NCBI GenBank assembly: GCA_963826785.1
Contig: CAWGYD010000008.1
Location: 352,001 to 416,000 of the forward strand
DNA: 64,000 bases
Source: an uncultured delta proteobacterium
Lineage (GTDB): Bacteria > Desulfobacterota > Desulfobacteria > Desulfobacterales > Desulfosalsimonadaceae
Reading direction: 5' to 3'
Position numbers and translations under genes: made by a program. How positions within the stretch are numbered: the stretch's first letter is position 1; each line of letters opens with the position of its first letter. Of this stretch, positions 51,512 through 62,589 are shown one piece after another. The notes under the pieces were generated by a model, which saw only the letters and a program-made list of their open reading frames with translations, made no database searches and was not told the origin of the DNA.

Positions 51512-52909
51512 ATGAAGTGCTTGAGAATTCTCTCGGGTTTGCTGATCTTCTGCGGGGTGGTGGGATCCACGGCAGCATTTGCCGCAGGAATGTCGCAGGA
51601 GGCTGTCCCTTCCACTCTTTTGCTCCAGGAAGCCATTGACCAGGCGCTGGCCCGCAATTCACAGATTTCCGCCGCGCAGTCCAGGGTGCGTGCATCCGAG
51701 GCCCGCATCTCCCAGGCCTTGTCCGGGTTCTACCCCCAGCTGTATGCGTCCGAAGTCTATCAGCGGACCACCAATCCCATGTGGGCGTTCGGGGCCAAGC
51801 TGAACCAGGAGATCATTACCCAGCAGGATTTTCTTCCTGAAAAGCTCAATAATCCCGAACCCATCGACAACTTCAACACCCAACTCGGACTGAAATGGTC
51901 GCTGTTTGACGGCGGTAAAACCTGGTTCGGCTGGAAACAGGCGGACATGGCCTACCAGTCGACCGAGCTGGGGCTGACCCGGACCCGGCAGGAGATTATC
52001 TTTGCGACCATCGCCGCCTACACGGATCTGGTATTTGCCCGAAAAAGCCTGATCGTGGTGGACCAGGCCCTTCAGACCGCCCGGAGTCATCTCCAGGTGG
52101 TGCAGACCCGATATCAAAACGGGCTGACCGTCAAAAGCGATGTGCTCCGCGCCAAAGTCCACATTGCCGAACTGGAACAGAACAAATACACCGCATTCAG
52201 CGCCGTATCCGTGGCCCAGGCGGCGTTAAACGCGGTCATGGGCACGGAAATGACCCGGGAAATCAATACCGCCACTCCCCTTGCCCCGGCAGAAGTCCCG
52301 GAAACACCGCTGCCCGAATGGATTGATACGGCCTTAAACCAGCGGCCCGAACTGATGCAGCTTTCATATCAGGCAAAGATGGCCCGGGCAGAGGTCAAAA
52401 AATCCAGGACGGCCCGTCTTCCTTCATTCATGCTAAATGGCGCCTATGAACTCAATTCCGAGGATTTCGACGGCTCCGGAGAAAGCTACACCGTGGGCGC
52501 AAATGTCACCCTCGATCTGTTCACCGGATTTCGCGTATCGGCCAAAACAACAGAAGCCCTGCACCTCCTCGATGCGGCCCGGGCCGGACAGACCGGCATG
52601 AAGCAGAAAATCCGGCTTGAGACCGAGCAGGCGTATTACTCCCTGATGAGTGCCCAAAAGCGGATCGAAGCCGCAAAAGCGGCCGTGGAAGAATCCCAGG
52701 AAGCCATGCGGATCATCTTAAACCGCTATGACAACGGGCAGGTGCCGATCATCTCGCTTCTGGATGCGGAAATTGCGCTTTACCGCTCACGCAACAACTA
52801 CTATCAGGCCGTAAAAGACCAGGTGCAGTCCCGGGCCCAGCTGGCCCTGGCCGCGGGAACGCTCGACCCGGCATTTCAATCGTCATCCATCATTCATGAA
52901 GGGGAATAA
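51512..52909 (+). CDS. TolC-family outer-membrane efflux protein
   Basis: Signal peptide; A...AL..N, P.L, LFDGG, RYQNG, RPEL, LFTG, RYDNG (two OEP repeats). Confidence 0.92.
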   Translation: MKCLRILSGLLIFCGVVGSTAAFAAGMSQEAVPSTLLLQEAIDQALARNSQISAAQSRVRASEARISQALSGFYPQLYASEVYQRTTNPMWAFGAKLNQEIITQQDFLPEKLNNPEPIDNFNTQLGLKWSLFDGGKTWFGWKQADMAYQSTELGLTRTRQEIIFATIAAYTDLVFARKSLIVVDQALQTARSHLQVVQTRYQNGLTVKSDVLRAKVHIAELEQNKYTAFSAVSVAQAALNAVMGTEMTREINTATPLAPAEVPETPLPEWIDTALNQRPELMQLSYQAKMARAEVKKSRTARLPSFMLNGAYELNSEDFDGSGESYTVGANVTLDLFTGFRVSAKTTEALHLLDAARAGQTGMKQKIRLETEQAYYSLMSAQKRIEAAKAAVEESQEAMRIILNRYDNGQVPIISLLDAEIALYRSRNNYYQAVKDQVQSRAQLALAAGTLDPAFQSSSIIHEGE

Positions 52910-54089
52910 TACTGTGAAGAGCAAGTGGACGCACCCGCTGGTGCGATTGCTGATCATGTCCGCGGCAATACTCATGTTTTCCGGCTGCGGGGAGGAAATC
53001 GCTCCCGGCAATACGGAGTCAGGTCCCGGTAAAGCCGTTCAGACAGAAATCGGGACCGCTGAAACCATCGATCACCCCATTCAGTATCAAGCGGTGGGAA
53101 CCGTGTATCCCCGGACCACGGCCACCATTTCCGCCAAGGTGATGGGGGAGATCACCAGCGTTCCCGTCAGGGAAGGCGACCACGTGAAAAAAGGCGATCT
53201 CCTGGCCGCTATCCAGGGCAACCAGATGGCAGCCCAGCTGAATCAGGCCAAAGCCGGTCTGGCAGAGGCCAGACAGTCGGCCCGGGCGGCCCAATCCGCC
53301 GTTGAATCCGCCAAATCCCAGTTCGAACTGGCCCAGGCCACCTATGACCGGTATAAATCTTTGCTCGAAGCCGACTCCGTCAGCCAGCAGGAATTCGAAG
53401 AGGTGCAGTCCAGATTCCAGCAGGCTCAAGCCGCGCTCTCCCAGTCCAAATCCATGCGCGAAGCTGCCCAGGATCGGATCAACCAGGCCAAAGCCGCTGT
53501 TTCGGCGGCCGAGACCACATTTTCCGACACCAATGTCAGGTCTCCCTATGACGGTGTGGTGACCGCCAAGATGGTGGAACCCGGCGACCTGGCATCACCG
53601 GGCACACCGCTGGTCAAACTGGAGGAAACCGGGACGTATGAAGTGCACATGGTGCTCCCGGAAGAATATATCCGGCACATCAAAATAGGGGATACGGTCA
53701 CGGTTCGCGTCCCCTCCATACCCGATGAAAGACTTGAAGGCACGATCAAGACCATTGACCCTTCCGCCGACCCCTCCATCCGGTCGTTTCAGGTCAAGAT
53801 CGCCCTGCCCGAAGCCGCCGGTCTCCGGGCAGGCCTGTTTGCCCGGGTCCTGATCCCCATCGGCCGGACCGCCGCCATCCTGATTCCCCAAAGCGCGGTG
53901 GTGCATCAGGGCCAGTTGACCGGCATCTTCATTGTAACTGAAAGCGGCGTCGCCCGCTTCCGCCTGATCCGGACCGGACGGCCCTTTGGAGACCGGGTGG
54001 AAGTCCTGTCCGGCCTGAGTGCCGATGAACGATACGTGGTTCATCCGGGCGCCGACATTAAAGATGGTGTGAAAGTGGAGGGGGCATGA
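52896..54089 (+). CDS. RND efflux periplasmic adaptor (lipoprotein)
   Basis: Lipobox FSGC; V.EGD.VKKG, helical hairpin, SPYDG.V, GLFAR, IP..AV, VEVLSGL. Confidence 0.92.
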   Translation: MKGNNTVKSKWTHPLVRLLIMSAAILMFSGCGEEIAPGNTESGPGKAVQTEIGTAETIDHPIQYQAVGTVYPRTTATISAKVMGEITSVPVREGDHVKKGDLLAAIQGNQMAAQLNQAKAGLAEARQSARAAQSAVESAKSQFELAQATYDRYKSLLEADSVSQQEFEEVQSRFQQAQAALSQSKSMREAAQDRINQAKAAVSAAETTFSDTNVRSPYDGVVTAKMVEPGDLASPGTPLVKLEETGTYEVHMVLPEEYIRHIKIGDTVTVRVPSIPDERLEGTIKTIDPSADPSIRSFQVKIALPEAAGLRAGLFARVLIPIGRTAAILIPQSAVVHQGQLTGIFIVTESGVARFRLIRTGRPFGDRVEVLSGLSADERYVVHPGADIKDGVKVEGA

Positions 54090-57000
54090 GCCACAATGTC
54101 GGCCCGGCGGGGAGACTCGCCGGCCTGTTTATCAATTCGAAGCTGACCCCGCTGATCATCATCGCCGGCATCCTGCTGGGGCTTGCCTCGGTGATCGCCC
54201 TCCCCCGGGAGGAGGAGCCGCAGATCATCGTTCCCATGGTGGACATTTTTGTCCAGATGCCCGGCGCGAGTTCCAAAGAAGTGGAGCAGCGGGTCACCAC
54301 CCCCATGGAGAACCTGCTCTGGGAAATCCCGGGAGTGGAATATATCTATTCCACCTCAAGTCCCGGACAGTCCATGACCATCGTTCGCTTCTATGTGGGG
54401 GAAGACGAGGAAAAAGCCATTGTCCGGCTCCAGTCCAAACTGATGGCCAATTATGACCGCATCCCCTTCCTGGTCAGCCAGCCGTTGGTCAAGCCCCGGT
54501 CCATCAACGACGTACCGATTTTGGCGCTGACCTTCTGGAGCGAATCCGAGGACCATTTTACCCTGCGCCGGGTGGTGGCGGAATTGGAGCAGAGCATCAA
54601 GCGGGTGCCCGACGTCTCCATCACCCATATCATCGGCGGCCAGAAGCGGCAGGTGGAAGTCCTGCTGGATCCAGTCCGGCTGGCGGCCTACAACCTGGAT
54701 GCCGCCACCATCGAACAGATGCTATCGGCAGCCAATGCCCAGGCCCAGGCCGGCAGCTTCCCCACCACTAACGGCCAGATCCTGGTCACCGTGGGCGGAT
54801 TCCTCAAAACCGTCCAGGATGTCCGGCAGGTGGTGGTGGGCGTGCACCAGGGCCGGCCGGTCTACCTCGATGATGTGGCCGCCATTGAAGAAGGACCGGC
54901 GGAACTTGACAACTATGTCTTTTTCGGCACCGGGCCGGCTGCCGGGGAAAAGGGGATCGAACCGGATATTCCGGAACTGGGGGACTACCCGGCTGTCACC
55001 CTGAGCGTGGCCAAGCGCAAGGGAACCAACGCGGTAGCCCTTGCCGAACAGATCCTGAAGCAGGTCGAAAGCGTCCGGGGAACCATCATCCCCGAAGACA
55101 TCCATATGACCGTCACGAGAAACTACGGGGATACGGCCGAAGAAAAATCAAACGAACTGCTGTTTCACATGGTCATCGCCGTATTTTCGGTCACCCTGCT
55201 CATCTGGTTTGCCCTGGGCCACCGGGAATCGCTCATCGTGGCTTTAGCCATCCCGGTCACCCTCGCCCTGACCCTGTTTATCTTTTTTCTGCTGGGCTAT
55301 ACCCTGAACCGCATCACCCTGTTTGCGCTGATCTTCTCCATCGGCATCCTGGTGGACGATGCCATCGTGGTGGTGGAAAACATCGTCCGACACTTCCGGC
55401 TTCCCTCAAACCGGGACAAAGGAAGGTTCGCCATTGCCATCGAAGCGGTCAGCGAAGTGGGGAACCCCACCATCCTCGCCACCGGCACCGTGATTGCCGC
55501 CATCCTCCCCATGGCCTTCGTGGGCGGTCTCATGGGGCCTTACATGCGGCCCATTCCGGTGGGGGCATCGGCCGCCATGGTCTTTTCCCTGCTGGTGGCC
55601 TTTATCGTCACCCCCTGGGCCGCGGTGCGCATCCTGGGCAAACGGGATAAATCCGGGGCGCACATGGAAGGCGAGAAGGAGGACTGGACCACCCGGCTTT
55701 ACCGGCGGTTCATGAACCCGCTGATCCATGAACCCGCCAAGCGATGGGCATTTCTGATCCTGGTGGTGGTGCTGCTTCTGGGGGCCTGCGCCATGATCGG
55801 CGTGGGCCTGGTCCGGGTGAAAATGCTCCCCTTCGACAACAAGAGCGAATTCCAGGTCATCATCAACATGCCCACAAAAGCCACCCTGGAGCAGACCTCG
55901 GGACTGGCCCTGGCCATGGGCGACTATCTCCGGACCGTAAACGAGGTGGTGGACTACCAGGTGTACGTGGGGACCGCGGCACCCTTTAATTTCAACGGCC
56001 TGGTCCGGCACTACTATCTGCGCCAAAGCCCCTGGCAGGCGGAAATCAATGTCAACCTGGCGGGAAAGGGGAAACGGCAGGAGCAGAGCCACGCCATTGC
56101 CAAGCGGGTCCGACCGGACCTGAAAAAGATCGCCGACCTGTTCGGCGCCCGCATCCAGGTGACGGAGGTCCCGCCCGGCCCGCCGGTGCTCTCCACCCTG
56201 GTATCGGAAATCTACGGCCCGGATTACAATGAACAGCGCGACATTGCCCGCAAAGTGATGGACATCTACGAGAACACCGAGGGCGTGGTGGATGTGGACT
56301 GGTACATGGAATCCGATCAGCCCCGGTACTATATCGCGGCAGACCCGGTCAAGGCGGCCCTGCACGGCATCGGGGTGGACCAGATCACCCGGATCGTGAG
56401 CCTTAATCTGAAAGGAAAAGCCATCGGCCTGCTGCACGCCCCCTCTGAACGCGAGGACGTTGACATCATGCTCCGAAGCCCGCTTCCCGACCGGGCCGGG
56501 ATCGATCGGCTGTTAAACGCCTCCATCAAGGCCCCCGGCGGTCAGATGGTTCCCCTGTCCGAACTGGTGACCGTCCGGAAAGAGAACATCGACAAGAGCA
56601 TCTATCACAAGAACCTCATGGAGGTGGTCTATGTGATCGGCGATGTGGCAGGGGCAAAGGAAAGCCCGGTGTATGCCATTCTGGAGATGCGAAACAAAAT
56701 CGATGACATCGCTATCCCCGGCGGGTACCGGATCCATCAGCTCTATGCCTCCATGCCGGACACGGAGGCGTTTTATTCCATGAAGTGGGATGGCGAATGG
56801 CAGATCACCTATGAGGTCTTCCGGGACCTGGGCATTTCCTTTGCCGTGGTGCTGGTGCTGATCTTCATCCTGGTGGTGGGGTGGTTCCAGAGTTTCACCA
56901 CCCCCCTGGTGATCATGGCGGCGATCCCCTTTTCACTCATCGGCATCCTGCCCGCCCACTGGGCCCTGGGGGCGTTCTTCACCGCCACCTCCATGATCGG

Positions 57001-57313
57001 CTTCATTGCCGGCGCCGGCATCGTGGTGCGAAACTCCATCATCCTGGTGGATTTTGTGGAGCTGCGCCTGGCCGAAGGCATGCCCCTGGATGAAGCGGTG
57101 GTGGACGCGGGTGCCGTGCGGTTCAGGCCCATGATGCTGACTGCGGCCGCGGTGGTGGTGGGCGCCTCGGTGATCCTGTTCGATCCCATTTTCCAGGGTC
57201 TGGCCATCTCCCTGATGGCGGGCGAAGTCGCCTCCCTGCTCTTCTCCCGGATGACCGTCCCCATCCTCTACTACATGGACAAGCGATGGGAGCATGACCA
57301 TCTTAAAGGATAA
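54086..57313 (+). CDS. RND efflux permease (AcrB/AcrD/AcrF family)
   Basis: [66 protein letters not shown]. Confidence 0.93.
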   Translation: MSHNVGPAGRLAGLFINSKLTPLIIIAGILLGLASVIALPREEEPQIIVPMVDIFVQMPGASSKEVEQRVTTPMENLLWEIPGVEYIYSTSSPGQSMTIVRFYVGEDEEKAIVRLQSKLMANYDRIPFLVSQPLVKPRSINDVPILALTFWSESEDHFTLRRVVAELEQSIKRVPDVSITHIIGGQKRQVEVLLDPVRLAAYNLDAATIEQMLSAANAQAQAGSFPTTNGQILVTVGGFLKTVQDVRQVVVGVHQGRPVYLDDVAAIEEGPAELDNYVFFGTGPAAGEKGIEPDIPELGDYPAVTLSVAKRKGTNAVALAEQILKQVESVRGTIIPEDIHMTVTRNYGDTAEEKSNELLFHMVIAVFSVTLLIWFALGHRESLIVALAIPVTLALTLFIFFLLGYTLNRITLFALIFSIGILVDDAIVVVENIVRHFRLPSNRDKGRFAIAIEAVSEVGNPTILATGTVIAAILPMAFVGGLMGPYMRPIPVGASAAMVFSLLVAFIVTPWAAVRILGKRDKSGAHMEGEKEDWTTRLYRRFMNPLIHEPAKRWAFLILVVVLLLGACAMIGVGLVRVKMLPFDNKSEFQVIINMPTKATLEQTSGLALAMGDYLRTVNEVVDYQVYVGTAAPFNFNGLVRHYYLRQSPWQAEINVNLAGKGKRQEQSHAIAKRVRPDLKKIADLFGARIQVTEVPPGPPVLSTLVSEIYGPDYNEQRDIARKVMDIYENTEGVVDVDWYMESDQPRYYIAADPVKAALHGIGVDQITRIVSLNLKGKAIGLLHAPSEREDVDIMLRSPLPDRAGIDRLLNASIKAPGGQMVPLSELVTVRKENIDKSIYHKNLMEVVYVIGDVAGAKESPVYAILEMRNKIDDIAIPGGYRIHQLYASMPDTEAFYSMKWDGEWQITYEVFRDLGISFAVVLVLIFILVVGWFQSFTTPLVIMAAIPFSLIGILPAHWALGAFFTATSMIGFIAGAGIVVRNSIILVDFVELRLAEGMPLDEAVVDAGAVRFRPMMLTAAAVVVGASVILFDPIFQGLAISLMAGEVASLLFSRMTVPILYYMDKRWEHDHLKG

Positions 57314-57346
57314 CAGCCAGATGGGGGTAGATTCCTCACCGGCCCA

Positions 57347-57432
57347 ACACCCCCCTGCCCCCCTCGATGGGGGAATTTGATCGTAATTTCAAGCCCTAAT
57401 CCCCCCTTGAGGGGGGAATAAAAGGGGGGTGT
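57347..57432. repeat. Inverted pair of REP-like GC-rich palindromic units
   Basis: ACACCCCCC-TG-CCCCCCTCGATGGGGGAATT and, in inverted orientation, ACACCCCCC-TTTTATT-CCCCCCTCAAGGGGGGATT. Each unit is itself a hairpin. Confidence 0.65.
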
Positions 57433-57536
57433 ACCGGCGGCGGCCGTTGCGATTCGAAAATTCCTGCCTGTAAAAATACCGCGCATCGGGGTACAATACT
57501 TCCAAAGAGACAAAAGGAGCCCAAGGGAAAAAGTCC

Positions 57537-58606
57537 ATGCCAAAAGTCATGATCCATCCGGCCACCTATGAGAATGCCCGCCCGGCCGTCGACCGGGCGT
57601 TTGAACTGTTTCCGCTGGAATTTACAGGCAAAAAAGTCCTGATCAAACCCAATGTGCTGCGCTCATCGCAAGCCCACGAGGGCATCGTCACCCATCCGGC
57701 GGTGCTTTCCGCGGTGGTGAAAAAAGTGGAATCACTCAATCCCGCATCCATCGTGGTGGGGGACAATCCCGGCCTGTTCAGCTACGGGGCCAACGAAGAA
57801 AGCTTTAAAACCACCGGCCTGATGGATGCGGCCGGGGATACTATCAAAACATCGGAACCGATTCGGTCAAGGTTAAATTCAACCCGGACTTTCTGCCGTC
57901 GCTGAGCATCTCCCGCATCGTTTTTGACGCCGATATCATCATCAGCCTCCCCCGATTCAAGACCCACGGCCTGACCGTGATCACCGGCGCGATCAAAAAC
58001 AGCTACGGATTCATCCCCGGCGCCCAGAAGGCCATGCTCCACAAAGCCGCCGGCAGCCCCAAACGATTCCATGAAGCCATCGTAGCGGTATTTTCCCTGA
58101 GGGTGCCCGACCTGTTCATCATGGACGCGGTGGTGGGCATGGAAGGAAACGGCCCGGCCTCCCCCGACCTTCGCGACATCGGATTGATCCTGGCGTCCGA
58201 TAACGCCGTGGCCATGGATGCCGTGGTGGCCGACATGATGGGATGCGATCCGGGCCGCATTCTTTTTCTGCAGAAGGCCAAGGCGGCGGGACTCGGAGAA
58301 TGCATGACTTCGACCGCATCGAAATCATCGGTGAGTTGCAGCGGATTCCCGATTTCAAACTCCCACCCCTGGGCGGCGAAGCCGTCATCGGAAACCGCGA
58401 TATCCAGAACCTGATGGAAAGCCGGACCCTGCTTCGCCCCCAGGCGGACCCCGGAACGCTGCACAGCCTGCGGCACCTGCGTGGACCAGTGCGCCGCCTC
58501 GGCCCTGTCCATGGAAGACGACCTGCCCGTGGTGGATGCCGACACCTGCATTTCATGCTTCTGCTGCCAGGAAGTCTGCCCCGAAAAAGCCATGGCATTG
58601 AAATAA
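57537..58606 (+). CDS. DUF362 protein with C-terminal 2x[4Fe-4S] ferredoxin domain, three frameshifts
   Basis: KVLIKPN, THP, VGDNP | SLPRFKTH..T..TGAIKN, D.VVGMEGNGP, A.D | FKLP | CTACGTCVDQC...CISCFCCQEVCP. Shifts near 57835 (GGGG), 58300 and 58450 (CCCC). Confidence 0.85.
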
Positions 58607-58642
58607 GTTATCGTCAAGACACGCACATAAGGGGCGGCAAAA

Positions 58643-60652
58643 TCACCGGAAGGTGATCATGACCGTCCCGGTTTCCACCGCGTCTCCGGGCTTTACGCTG
58701 ACGGCATCGACGACTGCATCGGCGGGGGAGGCCACCGCGCTTTCCATCTTCATGGACTCGATGACCACCAGTTCCTGGCCCTTGAAGACCCGGTCTCCCG
58801 GCGCCACGCGGATCTCCACCACCAGTCCGGGCATGGGGCACTCCAGGACGTTTTCGGCCACCTTTTTGACCGGCGCCGGCATGTATCCGGCCAGCTTCCA
58901 CTCCCTGGGATTGTAGATCTCAAACGTTTTTACGATCCCGGAGAAGGCGGCCTCGATGAAGTTGCCGTTATATCTCAGGCGGAAATAGTATTCATCTCCG
59001 TTGATGGTAAGCTTCAGTCGCCTGCGGAAGAATTCCAGGGGCGGTGTGGTCACCTCATATTTTTCGTCATCCACCTGGAAGCGCCAGTCATGCTCCGAAT
59101 TTGAAACCTTTTCAAGCGCGATACGAAAAACATCCCCGTCGCCTTTGGCCACGTATTCATGCACCGTCTTATGCACATAGGCGCTGCCCACCCGGGGGCT
59201 CAGCGGCAGGAGCGAGTCCTTGACCAGATTTTCCCGCAGGTGATAAACAAGCGTTGTCGCAAGGGCGATGATCCTCAGGATCTCGGGGGACGGCGGGACG
59301 GCCGTTTCCGGATCGGACAGGTGCTGCCCGATAAAATCCGTGGAAAGATCGCCTTCGATGTAGGCGGGATGGCCGATGATGCGGTTGATAAAATCAATAT
59401 TGGTGAGGATCCCTTCGATGTGATAGGCGTTTAACGCCTGGACCATCCGCTTTCGGGCGATCTCCCGGTCTTCGCCCCAGGTGATCACCTTGGCGATCAT
59501 GGGATCGAAAAACACGCTGATGGTGCTGCCCACCGCCACCCCGCTGTCCGTCCGGATGTGGGGGCCGCGGGGGGCCGCATACCGGGTGATGAGCCCCACC
59601 GAGGGGATGAAGTTCCGGGACGTGTCCTCCGCGCTGACCCGCGCCTCCATGGCCCACCCGGACATTTGGACGGCATCCTGGGTGAAGGGGAGCGTTTCCC
59701 CGCAGGCGATCTGAAGCTGAAGTTCCACCAGATCCAGGCCCGTTACCATTTCCGTCACCGGGTGCTCCACCTGCAGGCGCGTGTTCATCTCCAGGAAATA
59801 AAATTGCCGGTCCGCGTCCATGACGAATTCGACGGTGCCCGCATTGACATATCCCGCCGTTTTCGCCAGTTCGCAGGCCAACGCCCCCATCCGGGAGCGC
59901 AGCTTCGAATCGATGGCGGTCGAGGGGGACTCCTCTATGATCTTCTGGTACCGGCGCTGGATGGAGCACTCCCGTTCTCCCAGGTGGACGACATTTCCGT
60001 GGTTATCCGCCATGACCTGGATTTCGATGTGCCGCGGATGGCGGATATAGCGCTCGATGAAAATGCTGTCATCGCCGAAGGACTTTTTGGCCTCCTGCCG
60101 GCAAAGCTTCAGGGCGGAAGGAAGCGCCTGCTCCGAATCCACCACCCGCATCCCTTTTCCGCCCCCTCCGGCAGCCGGTTTCAACAGCACGGGGTATCCG
60201 ACCTGTTGCGCGATCCGGGCCGCATCCGAATCGGATGCCACCGCCTCCATGTGCCCGGGGACCGTGGGGACCCCGGCGTTTTGCGCAAGCTTCTTGGCCG
60301 CAATCTTGTCTCCGAGCTTCTCAATGGCCGACGCCGGCGGGCCGATAAACACAAGTCCCGCATCGGCCACCATCTGCGCGAAATTCGCGTTCTCGGAAAG
60401 AAAGCCGTATCCGGGGTGAATGGCCTCGGCGCCCGTTTCAAGCGCAACCGCTATGATCTTCTCCTTGACCAGGTAAGACTCGGAAGGCCGCAGCCCGCCG
60501 AGGGCGACCGCCTCGTCCGCCCCGGTCACATGCAGGCTTTTAAAATCATTTTCCGAATAGACGGCCACAGTCGAGACGCCCATGCGCTTGCAGGTCCGGA
60601 TAATGCGCAGCGCAATTTCCCCTCGGTTTGCAATCAGAATTTTGCTGAACAT
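58643..60652 (-). CDS. pccA: Acyl-CoA (propionyl-CoA-like) carboxylase alpha subunit: biotin carboxylase + BCCP
   Basis: KILIANRGEIA, HPGYGFLSEN, GGGGKGMR, RECSIQRR, EMNTRLQVEHPVTE, ESMKME biotin site. Confidence 0.88.
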   Translation of the reverse strand: MFSKILIANRGEIALRIIRTCKRMGVSTVAVYSENDFKSLHVTGADEAVALGGLRPSESYLVKEKIIAVALETGAEAIHPGYGFLSENANFAQMVADAGLVFIGPPASAIEKLGDKIAAKKLAQNAGVPTVPGHMEAVASDSDAARIAQQVGYPVLLKPAAGGGGKGMRVVDSEQALPSALKLCRQEAKKSFGDDSIFIERYIRHPRHIEIQVMADNHGNVVHLGERECSIQRRYQKIIEESPSTAIDSKLRSRMGALACELAKTAGYVNAGTVEFVMDADRQFYFLEMNTRLQVEHPVTEMVTGLDLVELQLQIACGETLPFTQDAVQMSGWAMEARVSAEDTSRNFIPSVGLITRYAAPRGPHIRTDSGVAVGSTISVFFDPMIAKVITWGEDREIARKRMVQALNAYHIEGILTNIDFINRIIGHPAYIEGDLSTDFIGQHLSDPETAVPPSPEILRIIALATTLVYHLRENLVKDSLLPLSPRVGSAYVHKTVHEYVAKGDGDVFRIALEKVSNSEHDWRFQVDDEKYEVTTPPLEFFRRRLKLTINGDEYYFRLRYNGNFIEAAFSGIVKTFEIYNPREWKLAGYMPAPVKKVAENVLECPMPGLVVEIRVAPGDRVFKGQELVVIESMKMESAVASPADAVVDAVSVKPGDAVETGTVMITFR

Positions 60653-60660
60653 ATATCACC

Positions 60661-62214
60661 TCAAAGTGGGATGTTGCCGTGTTTGCGATCCGGCGACTTG
60701 GCTTTCTTGCTCTCCAGAAACTGCAGCGTCCGGATCAGGCGGTGCCGGGTGTGCCGGGGAAAGATGACGTCGTCGATATAGCCGCGTTTGGCGGCCAGAA
60801 ACGGATTGAGGTACTGCTCCCGGTAGGATTCCATCTTTTCTTTCAACAGCTGTTCCGGATCGGCGGCCTTCTGGATTTCGCGCCGATAGATCACTTCGGA
60901 GGCGCCCCGGGGCCCCAGGACTGCGATTTCAGCCGTGGGCCAGGCATAGTTGATATCGCAGTGGATGTGCTTTGAATTCATGACCAGGTAAGCCCCGCCG
61001 TAGGCCTTGCGGACGATCACGGTAATTCTCGGGACGGTGGCCTCGGTAAACGCGTACAAAAGTTTGGCCCCGTGGCGGATGATCCCGCCGTGCTCCTGCT
61101 CGGGACCCGGCATGAACCCGGGGACGTCCACCAGGCAGACCAGGGGGATGTTGAAGGCATCGCAGAAGCGGACGAAGCGGGCTGCCTTGAAAGAGGCGTC
61201 ATTGTCCAAAACCCCGGCCAGAACCGCCGGCTGATTGGCCACCAGGCCGATGGCCTGGCCCCCCAGGCGCCCGAATCCGCAGATGATGTTTCTGGCAAAG
61301 AGGGGCTGGACCTCCAGAAATTCCGCGCCGTCTAAAATGCTGTGGATCAGGATGTTCATGTCATATCCCTGGTTGGGGTTTTCCGGAACCAGGTAGTCCA
61401 GTGCCGGATCGGTCCGTTCCGGCGGATCATTGAGATCGAGGAAGGGGGCCTTCTGCCGGTTGTTTGACGGCAGGTAGTTGATCAGGCGGCGCACCGCCCG
61501 CAGGCAGAGGATGTCGTTGGGGTACATGAAATGGGCCACCCCGCTCTTGGACGCGTGAACGTCCGCGCCGCCCAGGTCTTCGGCCGAAATTTCCTTGTGG
61601 ATCACCGTTTTGACCACATTGGGGCCGGTGACGAACATGTAGGCGGTGTCGGCCACCATGAAGGTGAAATCGGTGATGGAAGGGCTGTAGACGGCCCCGC
61701 CGGCACACGGTCCCATGATGCAGGAAATCTGGGGGATCACCCCACTGGCGCTGACGTTGCGGTGAAAGATCTCGCCGTAGGCCGCAAGCGCGTCCACCCC
61801 CTCCTGGATCCGGGCGCCGCCGGAATCGTTTAGCCCGATAATGGGCGATCCCACGCTATAGGCCAGGTCCATCACCTTGCAGATCTTCTGGGAGTGGCCT
61901 TCCCCCAGCGACCCCCCGATGACCGTGAAATCCTGGGAAAAGACAAATACCTCCCGGCCGTTGATCCGGCCATGGCCCGTGATCACCCCGTCCCCCGGGT
62001 AGGTTTCACCGTTTCCGGAAAACTCTCCCCGGCCGACCTTGAGCATGTCGATCTCTTCGAAAGTTCCCTCGTCGAGCAGAAGATCGATGCGTTCCCGCGC
62101 CGAAAGCTTCCCTTTCCCGTGCTGAACCTCGACCCGTGATTTTCCACCCCCCTGGAGGGCTTCGTCTCTCAATTCAGCCAGCTCCAGTATATTGCTGTGC
62201 ATGATGTCAACCAT
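60661..62214 (-). CDS. pccB: Acyl-CoA carboxylase carboxyltransferase (beta) subunit
   Basis: QH.KGKLSARER, QDFTVIGGSL, DSGGARIQEG, CAGGAVYSP, DVPGF.PG, RKAYGGAY, KHGNIPL. Confidence 0.9.
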   Translation of the reverse strand: MVDIMHSNILELAELRDEALQGGGKSRVEVQHGKGKLSARERIDLLLDEGTFEEIDMLKVGRGEFSGNGETYPGDGVITGHGRINGREVFVFSQDFTVIGGSLGEGHSQKICKVMDLAYSVGSPIIGLNDSGGARIQEGVDALAAYGEIFHRNVSASGVIPQISCIMGPCAGGAVYSPSITDFTFMVADTAYMFVTGPNVVKTVIHKEISAEDLGGADVHASKSGVAHFMYPNDILCLRAVRRLINYLPSNNRQKAPFLDLNDPPERTDPALDYLVPENPNQGYDMNILIHSILDGAEFLEVQPLFARNIICGFGRLGGQAIGLVANQPAVLAGVLDNDASFKAARFVRFCDAFNIPLVCLVDVPGFMPGPEQEHGGIIRHGAKLLYAFTEATVPRITVIVRKAYGGAYLVMNSKHIHCDINYAWPTAEIAVLGPRGASEVIYRREIQKAADPEQLLKEKMESYREQYLNPFLAAKRGYIDDVIFPRHTRHRLIRTLQFLESKKAKSPDRKHGNIPL

Positions 62215-62589
62215 ATCAACCCCTTACAGCCAAGATGTGTTTCGGCATTATAAATTTTCATTTTGGTCTTGTTATGCGCGCCGGATACAGGACTAATTAT
62301 AATTTCTATTTCCGAAAACTCCAATAAAATAGAGAAAAATGATTTGATAATGAATGCCGTTTCCGCCTGATATGCTTTCGAATTAATTATTCCGACTTGA
62401 CATATCGGCAATTCCTATGATTAAGTCTTTGAGGGGGAGAACAGCTTCAATTTATATTCGATTTACTTCAAAGTTTGCACGACAAGATGAATTGGGTTTA
62501 CGGGTTACCAAAAACAGCGTGTTCATGGTGACCGCTTGAGCGCATATTCATGTTCCTGTAACGCTCACCCCGGGGAATAGGGTTCGGCC

